64,000 bases of DNA from Eledone cirrhosa (lineage: Eukaryota): the NCBI GenBank assembly GCA_964016885.1, contig OZ024751.1:13144001-13208000 (forward strand), given 5' to 3'. Positions 45,409-58,392 of this stretch are shown here, in pieces. A model generated the notes under the pieces. That model was not told where the DNA came from. It saw only the letters and a list, made by a program, of their open reading frames with translations, and did not search any database. Position 1 is the stretch's first letter. Every line of letters starts with the position of its first letter. A program made the position numbers and the translations under genes.

Positions 45409-46017
45409 TGTTGTTGTTACTGTCGTCTAATCTCTCCTTCCGTGCCCATGGAACTGAGGTCGAGCTGATGTCTTACAACATCTGTTGCATCTAATGTGGT
45501 CCGAGGAGCAGCAGTTCCCATAGTCACCTGCTGTTGTTGTTACTGTCGTCTAATCTCTCCTTCCGTGCCCATGGAACTGAGGTCGAGCTGATGTCTTACA
45601 ACATCTGTTGCATCTAATGTGGTCCGAGGAGCAGCAGTTCCCATAGTCACCTGCTGTTGTTGTTACTGTCGTCTAATCTCTCCTTCCGTGCCCATGGAAC
45701 TGAGGTCGAGCTGATGTCTTACAACATCTGTTGCATCTAATGTGGTCCGAGGAGCAGCAGTTCCCATAGTCACCTGCTGTTGTTGTTACTGTCGTCTAAT
45801 CTCTCCTTCCGTGCCCATGGAACTGAGGTCGAGCTGATGTCTTACAACATCTGTTGCATCTAATGTGGTCCGAGGAGCAGCAGTTCCCATAGTCACCTGC
45901 TGTTGTTGTTACTGTCGTCTAATCTCTCCTTCCGTGCCCATGGAACTGAGGTCGAGCTGATGTCTTACAACATCTGTTGCATCTAATGTGGTCCGAGGAG
46001 CAGCAGTTCCCATAGTC
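45409..46017 (-). repeat. 123-bp minisatellite, ~5 apparently identical copies
   Basis: TACTGTCGTC at 45418, 45541, 45664, 45787, 45910; minus-strand unit ends in (CAA)n. Confidence 0.95.
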
Positions 46018-46049
46018 TGTTGCTGCTGTTTTCCTTTTAACTATTCAGG

Positions 46050-46270
46050 ATAGTCAGTCGATTGACTTTCGTCAAATCGGACCGAGGAAACAATGTTTCC
46101 GTTGGTATTTCCAATTGCTAATACTATCTATCGGTTGCAACTCCAGATAGGAGCGGCGTGAAATAAAGGGTCTTGCTCAAGGACATAACGCATGGCCCGG
46201 TCTAGGAATCAAACTCAAAACCTCACGATTGTAAATCCAATTCTCTAACCACTCAGCCACACGCCTTCAC
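46050..46270 (-). mobile_element. tRNA-derived CORE-type SINE (other copies 48630-48860 +, 48905-49012 -, 56592-56813 -)
   Basis: revcomp GTGGCTGAGTGGTTAGAG A-box, B-box, GTCCTTGAGCAAGAC core-like block. Confidence 0.8.
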
Positions 46271-46838
46271 CTATTCAGAATAAAACGCCCTTAAATAGTT
46301 CATATGTTACAGAAAGAGAGCCAAATATTTAGTTTTGTAGCCACGTTATTTTCTCAACACCAGCCACAGGGTTCACATTCGCAATCGTTTTGTAGCTATG
46401 TGAAAGGTCAATTTGGTCACGTGAGTCTATATTGACCAGCAACATATCCCATGTCTAAGGTTACCACCTCGTTGTTGACAACCTGACCGCATTAGGCCAC
46501 TAGGCTAGGGTCAATGTCATGGTGACCTTTGTATATATCTAGTGTGTGTGTGCGTGTGCGTGTGCGTGTGCGTTGATATACTATATCAATATATGTGTGG
46601 GTGTAATGGTCGAATAGTTCAGGTGTTTTATTTTTCTATAACATTTTTTTTACGTACCGTTTGTTATTTCTGTTTACCTTTTACACACACACACACATTA
46701 TATATATACTGTACTGTTTGTGTTGTTATTTCTGTTTACCTCTTTCTTATATATATAACATATATATATAACATTTAATTGTTATATATATAAGAGGTAA
46801 ACAGAAATAACAACACAAACGGTACAGTATATGGAAGG

Positions 46839-48212
46839 TGTTTTTGATGTGTTCCTTGAATGAGAGGGTGCGTCCAGGGTTACGCCAAGGAAGACAGTAT
46901 TAGTGCAGTTCTCAAGTGGTGTTCCCGACCATGTGATGTTAAGAGGTGGGTTGGCTTCCTGGTTCCTGAGATGGAACGAGCAGGCTTGAGTCTTCGCAGG
47001 GTTTGCGTACAGGTGGTTGCTCTCGTAGTAGAGGAGTAGCTCATCCAGGGCTGAGCAGAGGCATGCTTCTACTGCTTCGGAAGTACTCTCTTGAGATGTA
47101 ACACAGAGGTCGTCAGCGTAGATGAACCGCTCAGTGTTCTGGTCCATTGGCTGCTCATTGGTGTAGTTATATAGTAGTGGAGCCATCACACTTCCTTGAA
47201 GTAAGCCGTTCCTTTGTCGTCGCCAACGACTTTGCTTGTTGTTCAGGGTAACATAGAAGCGCCTGTCTTTCAAGAGGGCTCCAATGAGGTCTGTGAGTGT
47301 CAGGTCTTTTTCAGGGGGAGGCGATGGTTCACAGTGTCATATGCGGCCAACAGATCAACAAAGACGGTTCCTGTTACCATTCCTTTCTGAAACCCATCTT
47401 CAATGTGCTGAGTGAGATTCAGGAGTTGGCTTGTTGTGGATTTGCCAAGTCGGAATCCAGCTTGTTGGGGGGATGATGGTTGGTTCAATAACTGGGGCCA
47501 ACCTGCTGAGGACCAGGCACTCAAACAGCTTAAACGGGTGGCATAGCAGGGAGATTGGGAGAAACTCCCTGCATGCGCTGGATCTTTACCCGATTTGAGA
47601 AGAGCAATAATTCTGCATCTTTGGGATGTTTCTCCACATCTTTGGGATGTTTCTTGTCAGCATGCAGTTGTTCATCAGCTCAAGGATCCATTTCCGTGTC
47701 AGAGGTCCAAAGTGCTTGATCTTCTCTCTGAAAATATTATCTAGGCCGATGGCTTTACCAGTCTTAAGGGCATTGATGCTGATATTGAGCTCTTCAAGCG
47801 AGAACGGCTTAGTCAGCCGGTAGTTTGGGAGTACTGAATTCGGTCGACCTTTGGTCTTTGCTGTTTGGTGGTGGATTTCCCATTGAGCAACAGCTGATAT
47901 GCAACTTGGTTGGCGGTGATGGTGTGTTGGAGTTGGCGGGTCGTTGCTGATTTTCCGGATTAGACTCCATGCCGTTTTACTGTTTTTCGTCATATTAGTT
48001 GTCTCCAACAGGTTTTGCCATTTTCATTGGCGGCATTCTGATAGAGAGGTCAGCAGTCCCTCACCTACTTCGATGGTACATTCAGGAAAGGGGTCAGATT
48101 CATAGAGCTGTTGGTATTGCTCATATAGTTCGCTGCTTTGAGCATCGAGTCCAGGAATGTATTGAGTGTGGCAGCATCTTGGGATGTTCTTCTGAGCTGC
48201 TTGGTGCACAAA
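46839..48212 (-). mobile_element. decayed RTE-X-like LINE ORF2 fragment
   Basis: QAGFRLGKSTTSQLLNLTQHIEDGF, FVDLLAAYDTV, NGLLQGSVMAP, YADD, NPAKTQ, FLGVTLD spread over several frames. Confidence 0.85.
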
Positions 48213-49384
48213 CAGTATTGAACTGGTACTTTTTTATCGACCTGGAATGGATGAAAGTCAAAGTTGACTTCACCAACGTTACTCTTATACTTATTTAATC
48301 CAGTATGTGATTTATACATAAATGCTAAACCCTTATGTAATAATTATTTCTGATTTAGGCACAAGGCCAGCAATTATCCCAGTTCATTACTGGTACTTTA
48401 TTTTATCGACCCTCGGCAGTATTTGAAATAATGGTTTCTGATTTAAGCACAGGGTCAACAATTTTGAGGGAGGAGATAGTCGATAAAATCGACCCCAGTG
48501 TGTTACTGGTACTTTATTTTATCGACCCCGTAACGATGAAAGGCAAAGCTAACCTCGGTGGGATTTGAACTCAGAATGTAGTAATATCCTAAAAATAAAT
48601 TATAAAAATATTCTTATCTTTAATCACTTCCACATGTCAGTATTTGCAATCGTAAGGTTGTGATTACGATTACCAGACCGGGCGATGTGTTATGTCTTTG
48701 AGCAAGACATTTTATTTCACGTTGCTCCTTCTGTCTGGACTTGCGACCGACAGACAGTATTAGAAATTGGAAAGACCAATGGAAACATTGTTCCCTCGGT
48801 CCGATTTGAGGAGTTCCACACCACTCGTTAAGCGAATGAGATCTTGTCGATCGACTGTCAGTAATCCACATAACCATTAAACAAACCAGTAATTTATCAA
48901 AAAGGAAATAAAGTGTCTTGCTCAAGGACATAACGCATCGCCTGGTCCAGGAATCGAACTCACAACCTTACGATTGCGAATCCAATTCTCTAACCACTCC
49001 GCCACACGCCACTCATACATACACAGAGTTAATACTCATGTTTTCGTATTTAGGAAGTCGTAGCTATGCAAACACCGAGGCTAACGCCCTCATTGGCAAA
49101 ACACAAAACAAAAGTAAGGATTGCAGTTACGAACAGTGTTGGTATTAGGTTCACGCTTGAGAGTGGGCTATGGGGGACGACGTTTCACACGCACACACAC
49201 GCATATATATATATATATATATAGATGTGTGTGTGTGCGTGTGTGTGAAACGTCGTCCCCCAAGAATATGTGTTTAAATTACTCAAGTATTGAAAACGTT
49301 CAAGCTCCAACTGAATGAGGATTCAATACTGGTGTTCAGAGAGAAGAAATCTATTTTCTAAGTAGAAAGATCTTTACATCACAG

Positions 49385-49780
49385 GACCACCTTCACACCA
49401 CCACTACCTACCACACCACCACTACCCACCACAACCGCCACTACCATCACTACCAACCACACCACCACTATGCAACACACCACCACAACCGCCACTACCC
49501 ACTACAACCACCACTACCAACCACACCACCACTACCCACCACAACCATCACTACCAACCAACCACTACCATCACTACCCACCACACCATCAATACCTACC
49601 ACACGATCACTACCACCACACCACCACTACTTACCACACCACCACTACCCACCACACCACCTCTACTTACCACACCACCACACCACCACTACCTACCAAT
49701 ACCACCACTACCCACCACACCACCACTACCTACCACAACCACCACACCACCACTACCTACCAGACCACCACTACCCCACC
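49385..49780. repeat. (CCA/CTA)n low-complexity tract
   Basis: direct reading. Confidence 0.9.
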
Positions 49781-50081
49781 TATGGGTAGAGTTTACTTGA
49801 ACCTCACACCAACATCTTCACTGCCATTTCCCCTCCCCCTTCTAATGCCTTCAATTATAAGGGTGTGACACAATTACCTCCCATCTCTCTCTCTCTATAT
49901 ATATATATATATTTGTGAGAGAGGGAGTATATATAAGGTCCCGCTAAAAGAATATTAGTAATTACAGTTGTAATTTACCACCCAGGGTTCAAATCAAATG
50001 GGTGGGGTGTATGTGGAGTGTTGATGAATGTGGAGAGAGAAATATAGAGAGGGAGAGAGTGTGGGAGGCAGATATATATAC

Positions 50082-50172
<91 letters not shown>

Positions 50173-50604
50173 GATGGAGGGAGAGAGAGGGAGAGAGAGG
50201 GATGGAGGGAGAGAGAGAGGGAGAGAGGGGGGTGGGGGGAGAGGGGGGAGGGAGGAAGGGAGAGGGAGAGAGAGGGGAGGGAGGGGGGGGGGGAGAAAGA
50301 GAGGGAGGGGGAGAAAGAGAGGGAGGGAGAATGGGAGAGAGAGTGAGTGGCAGAGTGAGAGAGAGTGAGTGGCAGAGTGAGAGAGTGAGTGGCAGAGTGA
50401 GGGAGAGAGTGAGTGGGAGAGAGTGAGTGGGAGAGAGTGAGTGGGAGAGAGTGAGTGGGAGAGAGTGAATGGGAGAGAGTGGGAGAGAGTGAGTGGGAGA
50501 GAGTGGGAGAGAGTGAGTGGGAGAGAGAGAGAGAGGGTGCAGTGGGAGAGAGAGAGAGAGTGCAGTGGGAGAGAGAGAGAGTGCAGGGGGCAGATATATA
50601 TATA

Positions 50605-50794
50605 TAACGATGGAAATGTGGTAAGGAACCAGATGGCCCATAACGCACCAAAGTACTCAATACTTAGGGTAGTAGAGTGGGTAATAGGAACGAGTAGGAC
50701 CCCGACGGCTGAGCTCAAGCCGTTTCGACGGCTAATTCTGGACAGAATTAGCTGTCGAAACGGCTTGAGCTCAGCCGTCGGGGTCCTACTCGTT

Positions 50795-50798
<4 letters not shown>
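50605..50798. mobile_element. family A asymmetric palindromic mini element
   Basis: full left arm, centre ~50741, right arm ends GTTCCTA(TA)n. Confidence 0.85.
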
Positions 50799-50883
<85 letters not shown>

Positions 50884-51119
50884 GGTAGGGCATGAGAGAA
50901 TATATGCTGGTGGTTCTCTCATATAACTTCTGATATTGTCATAAATATTGGTGCCGTGTTGTGTTTGAGAACAATTCTGCGAACCTTATTTCGAATCTCG
51001 CTTCAATAAAAACGCTTCAATAATTATATAATTTGTTCGTGCTCCTTGACAGAAAGGCATGAATGTCACAGAATCTCCTCTTCTCACGACTCGAAACACT
51101 AGTCCATGCCTTTGATTAT

Positions 51120-51951
51120 ATAATTATTTCTACTTTTGGCACAAGGCCAGCAATTATCCCAGTGCATTACTGGTACTTTATTTTATCGACCCCGTAAGGA
51201 TGAAAGGCAAAGTTAACCTCGGTGGGATTTGAATTCAGATCGTAAAGGGCCGTAACTCTATGCTGCAAAGCATGGCGTCCGACCCTCTACCGATACTGAG
51301 TAATGGTTTCTGATTTAGGCACAAGGCCAATAATTTTAGGGAGAGGGAGATGTCGATTATATCGACACCAGTGTGTTATTGGTAGTTTATTTTATCGATC
51401 AGGATGAAAGGCAAAGCTAACCTCGGTGAGATTTCAACTCAGATCATAAAGGGCCGTAACTCTATGCTGCAAAGTATGGCGTCCGACCCTCTACTGATAC
51501 TACCAATCCACCGCCCTAGGAATGAATTTGATTATATAATTGTTTCTACTTTAGGCACAAGGCCAGCAATTACCTCAGTACATTACTGGTACTTTATTTT
51601 ATCGACCCCGTAAGGATGAAAGGTAAAGTCAACCTCGGCGGGATTTGAACTCAGATCGTAAAGGGACGTAACTATGCTGGAAAGCATGGCGTCCGACCCT
51701 CTACCGATACTGCCAATCCACCGCGCCTTTGATTATATAATGATTTCTACATTTGGCACAAGGCCAGAAATTTGAAGGGAGGGGGAAAGTCTATTAAAGA
51801 AACCCCAGTGCATTACTGGTACTTTATATTATCGACACGGTAAGGATGAAAGGTAAAGTTAACCTAGGCGGGATTTGAACTCAGAATGTAAAGGAATACA
51901 CCATATGCTGCAAAACATGTACGATGCTCTACCGATGCTGCCAATCCACCG
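51120..51951 (-). mobile_element. four head-to-tail Nin-domain SINEs
   Basis: repeated ~180-235-bp units. Confidence 0.9.
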
Positions 51952-52144
51952 TACTGCCTTCCTTTATATAATACACAATAACATTTCAAAAAGTTAAATA
52001 CCCGGCGCCGGAGATTTAGAGCCCTTGGCTACCTCTACAATGATCTCGTGTCCACTCTGTTATTTTCCCCATTGTTTCAAATAAATTTCAACTTTCATTT
52101 TGTTATGTTGACACACACACATATATATACATACTCACACATGC

Positions 52145-52243
<99 letters not shown>

Positions 52244-52291
52244 TATATACGATATTAAACAAATGGAAACTATATTTATAAAACCATATTT

Positions 52292-52355
52292 ATTTCATTA
52301 TACATATTTCAGGGATACCATATTAAAAATATGGCATGCCTTCGTCAGATAAAAT
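52292..52355 (-). ncRNA. type I hammerhead ribozyme (family E, second copy)
   Basis: ATTTTAT-CTGACGA-AGGCATGCCATATT..AATATGGTATCCCT-GAAA-TATGTA-TA-ATGAAAT. Confidence 0.75.
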
Positions 52356-52453
52356 ACAATATATAAACAGTTTTATAAATAATTTTGACGTACCATAAAT
52401 ATAAGCGACCATTAAGATAGGAGGCTGGCTTGGTAGTCATAAAATAAAACTTT

Positions 52454-52502
<49 letters not shown>

Positions 52503-52802
52503 GCATACAACTACACAATACAGACCAACAACCATACATCTCTACCAAACATTCAGACCAGCTCACACGCGCTCACACATATGTACGAACACACACACAT
52601 ACACGCAAACGCACCGTAATGTACACCCCACCTACACACAAACACCCACTGCACACTTTTCCCCACCCCCACCCCATATATCCGCTCGAGAGAAGAGAGT
52701 ATTCAATACCGAAGTAGAGTTTAAATATTCATATATTAAGTAGACAGAAAGTGACTGAACTCACTATTTAATAAATGAATATATATATATATATATTTAC
52801 AG

Positions 52803-52871
<69 letters not shown>

Positions 52872-52873
52872 CA

Positions 52874-52911
<38 letters not shown>

Positions 52912-52913
52912 CA

Positions 52914-52959
<46 letters not shown>

Positions 52960-52962
<3 letters not shown>

Positions 52963-53293
52963 GGTGGCTACCAACTCGTTTTCGTGTACGGCCACAACTT
53001 TATATCCATGTAGGAGAACCCCTACCGATGCGCTGAACGAGTGTGACTTTTTAGTCCAGCCAGCGACTTGAAAACTCTGGTACAAACACTAAACTTGTGA
53101 CAATTATTGACACATAGTGCTGGGCCCATGGTACCATGTGACGACAAGTGCAGAGAGATCTCCAGATATAAAGCAATGCCAGTGTCGTGAAGCTTTTATA
53201 GTGAGCAAAGGCACTGCACAAAGCCAGTCCCACTCTCTTAACCAAGATGATATTTACCAAAAAGAAGAACAAGTCAACATCATTGGATACCAT
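52960..53293 (-). mobile_element. 3' half of the RTE-derived retroposon
   Basis: reverse complement of 43998-44330. Confidence 0.85.
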
Positions 53294-53362
53294 ACACGAC
53301 GCTAGCCGTACTCAAAGCCACCATTAACTGACGAGAACAGTAAGAGTCCAAGCATATCTATT

Positions 53363-53558
53363 ATGGCTCGACGGAAGGTAGAAATTATTCTCCAGCGTGA
53401 ATTGGAGACACAGGAAGATTGGGAAGATTTCCTTTAAAAAAAAAGGCTTGTTAGTGATTGATGTATACCAAGAACGGGCTGGTCCCTGCACATCTCTGTT
53501 GAACAATCTCAGTAAACAGAAGAATGAATTAGTTAATGACTTATTGCTTTATGCTGTG
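53363..53558 (+). pseudogene. NME8: processed pseudogene fragment of an NME8/NME9 (TXNDC3-like) N-terminal thioredoxin domain
   Basis: MARRKVEIILQRELETQEDWEDFL*/KKGLLVIDVYQERAGPCTSLLNNLSKQKNELVNDLLLYAV; stop and +1 frameshift in the A-run at 53435-53444; recognised from recalled family sequence. Confidence 0.75.
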
Positions 53559-53686
53559 ATTCAGCAATAAGAGCCAGCTTCTGAACATACAGAATCACCT
53601 ATGAGTAGCTAGTCTTACACTTCTCCAGTTACAACAACATATATACACACACACATATGTATGTATGTATGTGTGTGTGTATATAT

Positions 53687-53915
53687 GTAACATGTATCCC
53701 AGTACAACCTGTCTCATGGTCGGGTCGTTGGCGACTAAACTGGCAACCCCACCAACGTTTGTTAGTGAGGAGGGTGACTTTGGACATCCTGCAGGACTAA
53801 AAACAAAACCTGTCAAAGGGCAAAGGAGCTCTTAAGAGTCAATGGCCATCCAAAATCACCGGGAGAGATGACCCCTTAGCCTTTGTCAAGGCAGAATTCT
53901 AGAAGGAAAACTCTG

Positions 53916-53918
<3 letters not shown>
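53687..53918 (+). mobile_element. 5' half of the RTE-derived retroposon
   Basis: matches 43747-43983, ends in (TA)n. Confidence 0.85.
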
Positions 53919-53992
<74 letters not shown>

Positions 53993-54709
53993 GTGTATAT
54001 AGGACGTATTGAGGTTAGGTTTGTTGATGGTCTGGGTTGTAAATTTTGTTCCTTTGTGTGGGCTGGGATCTACAATTTTGGAACAGCCTCTATGTGGGTC
54101 GGGGTCTGAGGTTTTGGAATAGGGTTTGTGTGGGTTGTGATCTGCGGATCGGGTCCTGTCTTGTGTTGAGGGACATTCGATTTTTTTTTAGTAGGCTTAA
54201 CGTTTTGTCTATGGGTTCTGGGATTATCGTCATAGTTTTGCTGGGGGTATGTTGGACGCTTTGTTACTTTTGTTGTTATTTGTTGCGAGTGTGGTGTGTG
54301 ACTTTTAGTTTGTTTTAAAAATGGGTTACCTCTATGTGGTTCATTTTTTAAATCCATTTCGTAATTGTTGAACCAGGTGGCGTTTTTTCCCCCCGCTGGG
54401 GGGATGATAGTTTTTCCATATAAAACGGAAGTAACATTCGAACACCAACCAGATGCGAGAAAAACCACAAATCATCCATTTCAATTCTACTTTTGAAATG
54501 CACAAAAACTGCGAAACCGGTAAAGGAACCAAATAAATATATATTTTTTAAAAAGACTCCAGCTGCATTTTCGATTTCATCTTTTTTCATTTTATATATA
54601 TATGTATATATATATATATATATACACACTCACATATGTGTATATATATATACATATATGTGTGTATATACAAATATATACACACGTGTATATATATATA
54701 TATATATAG

Positions 54710-55008
54710 TTAGGGAAGCAGAAAATTGTTTATTGTAATCCAGTTCGTGGTTTCATGGACGGTTTCAACGTACGGTTAGGGGTGACTCCACAAGTTTGTA
54801 AGAATCACGTTCAATCTTGGAGTATAAAGTATAACATATAAAAGAGAAAATACAGGTAAACATTAAAAAAAGGATTTTATCCAGGTATTTACGACCGTTT
54901 TATTGGTAAGTGCAACCTCATATTGCTATACTGCAATATACGGTCGTAAATACCTGGATAAAATCCTTTTTTTTAATGCTTACATGTATTTTCTCTTTTA
55001 TTCTCTCT
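54710..55008. mobile_element. asymmetric palindromic PLE-type element
   Basis: arms ~54840-54898 and ~54939-55000; minus-strand HHR remnant ATGAG-GTTG..CAAT-AAAACGGTC at the centre; bulged hairpin 54785-54823. Confidence 0.7.
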
Positions 55009-55067
55009 ATATATACATATATATATATATATAAATATATACACATGTGTATATATATACATGCATG

Positions 55068-55115
<48 letters not shown>

Positions 55116-55230
55116 GCACACAGTGTGTATATATATACATACACACACGTGTGTATCTATATACATATACACATGTGTGTATATATATATAGATACACAC
55201 GTGTGTGTATGTATATATACATACATGTGT

Positions 55231-55268
<38 letters not shown>

Positions 55269-55285
55269 GTATATATATACACATG

Positions 55286-55337
<52 letters not shown>

Positions 55338-56050
55338 TGTATATATATATATATATACATACACAAACATGTATGTATGTATGTTTATAGCCGAGTCTAT
55401 TAGTGCAGCTATAAACTATAAAACATAAGTGAAACGGAATGTAAAGCTCAATTGAAATAAACGTTGTGTATCGTGATGTGTCAATTGAATTTCTTGCTTG
55501 AACTCTCACAGTCCCGGGTGCCACGGCTGAATCTACCCTTCAATAACTTTTCTTATCGGTTATGATAAGGGTAGCTATTGTAGTTGTGCTGACCAGAGAT
55601 AGAAATCTAGAGTGACTATTAGTCCCCATAACGCCACCCCCTCGCTCATAATAGGCTGACAGGGTGTTTAGTTCTATTGTTATCGACAGAAATGTGTTTT
55701 AATGGAGATCTCTCCCGAGTAAAATAAATATTTTCCCGCCAAGCTAACCGAATCTGTCACCCGATGACTGTTGTAGCTGTTTCTAGAGTTGTATCTTGTT
55801 CTTTTATTCCATCACTGGTGGTACCAGTGATTAAACCGTTGCCAGGTTAGGGCAGCGCCTAGATTTAGTCGTTCACAACTACCTCAGTACTTATATTTTT
55901 AGAGTCTGGTACTTATTTTGTCGATCCCTTTTGTGTCCGACCGCTAATTTACGGGCCAGGGACACAAACATCCCCACTCCGCCCCCACATTGTTTCCTGG
56001 GTCCGATTTGACGAAAGTCGATCGACTGTCGATATATATATATATATATA

Positions 56051-56140
56051 CAGGGTGTCCCGAAATACAAACCAACAGCATTCTAATAAATATTGCCTGT
56101 ATAGTTAATCAAAGTGAATATGTATTTTGAGGACACACTG
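56051..56140. mobile_element. Tc1/mariner-type MITE (inverted partner 56469-56561)
   Basis: TA-CAGGGTGTCCC..GGACACACTG-TA; same family as 6450-6526. Confidence 0.75.
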
Positions 56141-56261
56141 TAACGCCAGCACCAACAGTTTTAAGAGATGTCAACATGAATGGACCTGTTATTTTTATCT
56201 AAAGACTTTTTTTCCAATTCCAAACCACCCGTCCCCTCAATCTATCTTATTTCTCATTCTT

Positions 56262-56297
56262 TCTTCTGATGAAGGACTAGCGTCCGAAACGTTAAGA
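56262..56297 (+). ncRNA. minimal type I hammerhead ribozyme in a PLE pLTR fragment
   Basis: TCTT-CTGATGA-A-GGAC-TAGC-GTCC-GAAAC-GTT-AAGA; palindromic AACGTT stem III. Confidence 0.8.
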
Positions 56298-56378
56298 CCC
56301 TCTTTCTGCTATGTCAAGCGTTAACCTAATATACCCCTTCCATATACTGTACCGATTGTGTTGTTATTTCTGTTTACC

Positions 56379-56463
<85 letters not shown>

Positions 56464-56561
56464 ACACACAAGGTGTCCCCCAAAATGCGTATTCACTTTG
56501 ATTAACTATACACAAAATTTTTATTAGAATGCTGTTGAAGTGTGTATTTTGGGACACCCTG

Positions 56562-56592
<31 letters not shown>

Positions 56593-56975
56593 CGCCAGTC
56601 GATCGACTTTCGTCAAATCGGACCGAGGAAACAATGTTTCCATTGTTGTTTCTAATTGCTAATACTATCTATCGGTCGCAACTCCAGGTAGAAGGAGCCA
56701 CGTGAAATAAAGTGTCTTGCTCCAGGACATAACGCATCACCTGGTCTGGGCATCGAAATTACAACCTCGCGATTGCAAATCCAATTCTCTAACCACTCAG
56801 CCACGTGCCTTCACTATATATATATACATAATATATATGTACAGGAGGGGTTTCAGCAGTATCAGCCTCCCGAATTCCAGCCTGAGACTGCTATAGAAGA
56901 TAATGGCTGAAGGTGCCGGTTGTTTGTGAAACGAACTCCGCAACAACACAATCTTAGTTGGGCACTCACATGGAT

Positions 56976-57044
<69 letters not shown>

Positions 57045-57432
57045 TACCCGCCGAAATGCGATTCTCGCTAAATCTATATTTATATATATATATATTTCAA
57101 ATTCAGAAACGGAGTTAAAACCTCACATTAATCCCCTATAATTTAGGGACCTCAAGGAATATATATTCTGGGCTCTTTATAAATCAACATATAGAGAGAA
57201 GTACACATAGAGATATGTGTTCAATCTTAGGAGATAAAAAACCACCAGTGACGAACATATTACCTACGGAAGGTATGGTGAATATAAATCAATAAAGAGA
57301 ATATATTAAAGTATACTAACCATTCGATTATAACAATAACACTAGGACATGCTCAAATAAGAGTGTTTCGCTATAATAAAGGAAGAATCCATATGATTGA
57401 ACACATATCTCTATGTGTAGTTGATTTCTATA

Positions 57433-57600
57433 CCGTATTTCCCGGCGTCGAAGACGCTACCTTTTTCCTAAAATATGTCTAAAAAATCTACCATGCGTCC
57501 TGGAGGCCGAAGGTTGCTTATTATTATATTTTTAATTTTTGGTTGTCAAAATTAGGGTGCGTCCTCGAGGACGAAGCGTCTTCAGCGCCAGGAAATACGG
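57433..57600. mobile_element. pogo/Tigger-like MITE
   Basis: TA-CCGTATTTCCCGGCGTCGAAGACGC..GCGTCTTCAGCGCCAGGAAATACGG-TA. Confidence 0.8.
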
Positions 57601-57611
57601 TATATATTATA

Positions 57612-57795
<184 letters not shown>

Positions 57796-57800
57796 GTATA

Positions 57801-57881
<81 letters not shown>

Positions 57882-57886
57882 GTATA

Positions 57887-57960
<74 letters not shown>

Positions 57961-57964
<4 letters not shown>

Positions 57965-58350
57965 GATAGACATAGATTATTCGAAAATATTCTGTATGTT
58001 TATAATAAACATTTTGAAGACTTAATCGCTATAGAATAGAATACGTCACGTATTACAATTAGATTCTCGATAAAAGCAAGGGAAGTAACCTACGCGTTTC
58101 ATTCTTATTAGAAATCTTCAGGATTACATATCCAGTGCTTTTATCGAGAATGACACAGCTAGAGACTTATAGAATACTTAGCTGTGTACAGGAACTGGTT
58201 ACTTCCCTTGCTTTTATCGAGAATCTAATTGTAATACGTGACGTATTCTATTCTATAGCGATTAGGTCTTCAAAATGTTTATTATAAACATACAGAATAT
58301 TTTCGAATATTCTATGTCTATCTTCACATATATATCGCTATTTCAGAGCA
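57961..58350. mobile_element. palindromic PLE-type element, ~130-bp arms
   Basis: arms 57961-58090 and 58197-58326. Confidence 0.85.
58085..58127 (-). ncRNA. minimal type I hammerhead ribozyme
   Basis: GTAATC-CTGAAGA-TTTCTAATAAGAAT-GAAAC-GC-GTA-GGTTAC. Confidence 0.85.
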
Positions 58351-58392
58351 TTTAATCCAATATATATATATATGTGTGTGCGTTTGTGTGTG

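Noticed and set aside
45409-46017. CRISPR array or retrozyme tandem
   Set aside because: Units are identical with no unique spacers; no CUGANGA/GAAA core
46050-46270. tRNA genes
   Set aside because: A/B boxes belong to SINE heads; no complete cloverleaf
46400-46530. Cluster of RGGTCA/TGACC nuclear-receptor half-sites
   Set aside because: No gene context; such motifs are common in repeats
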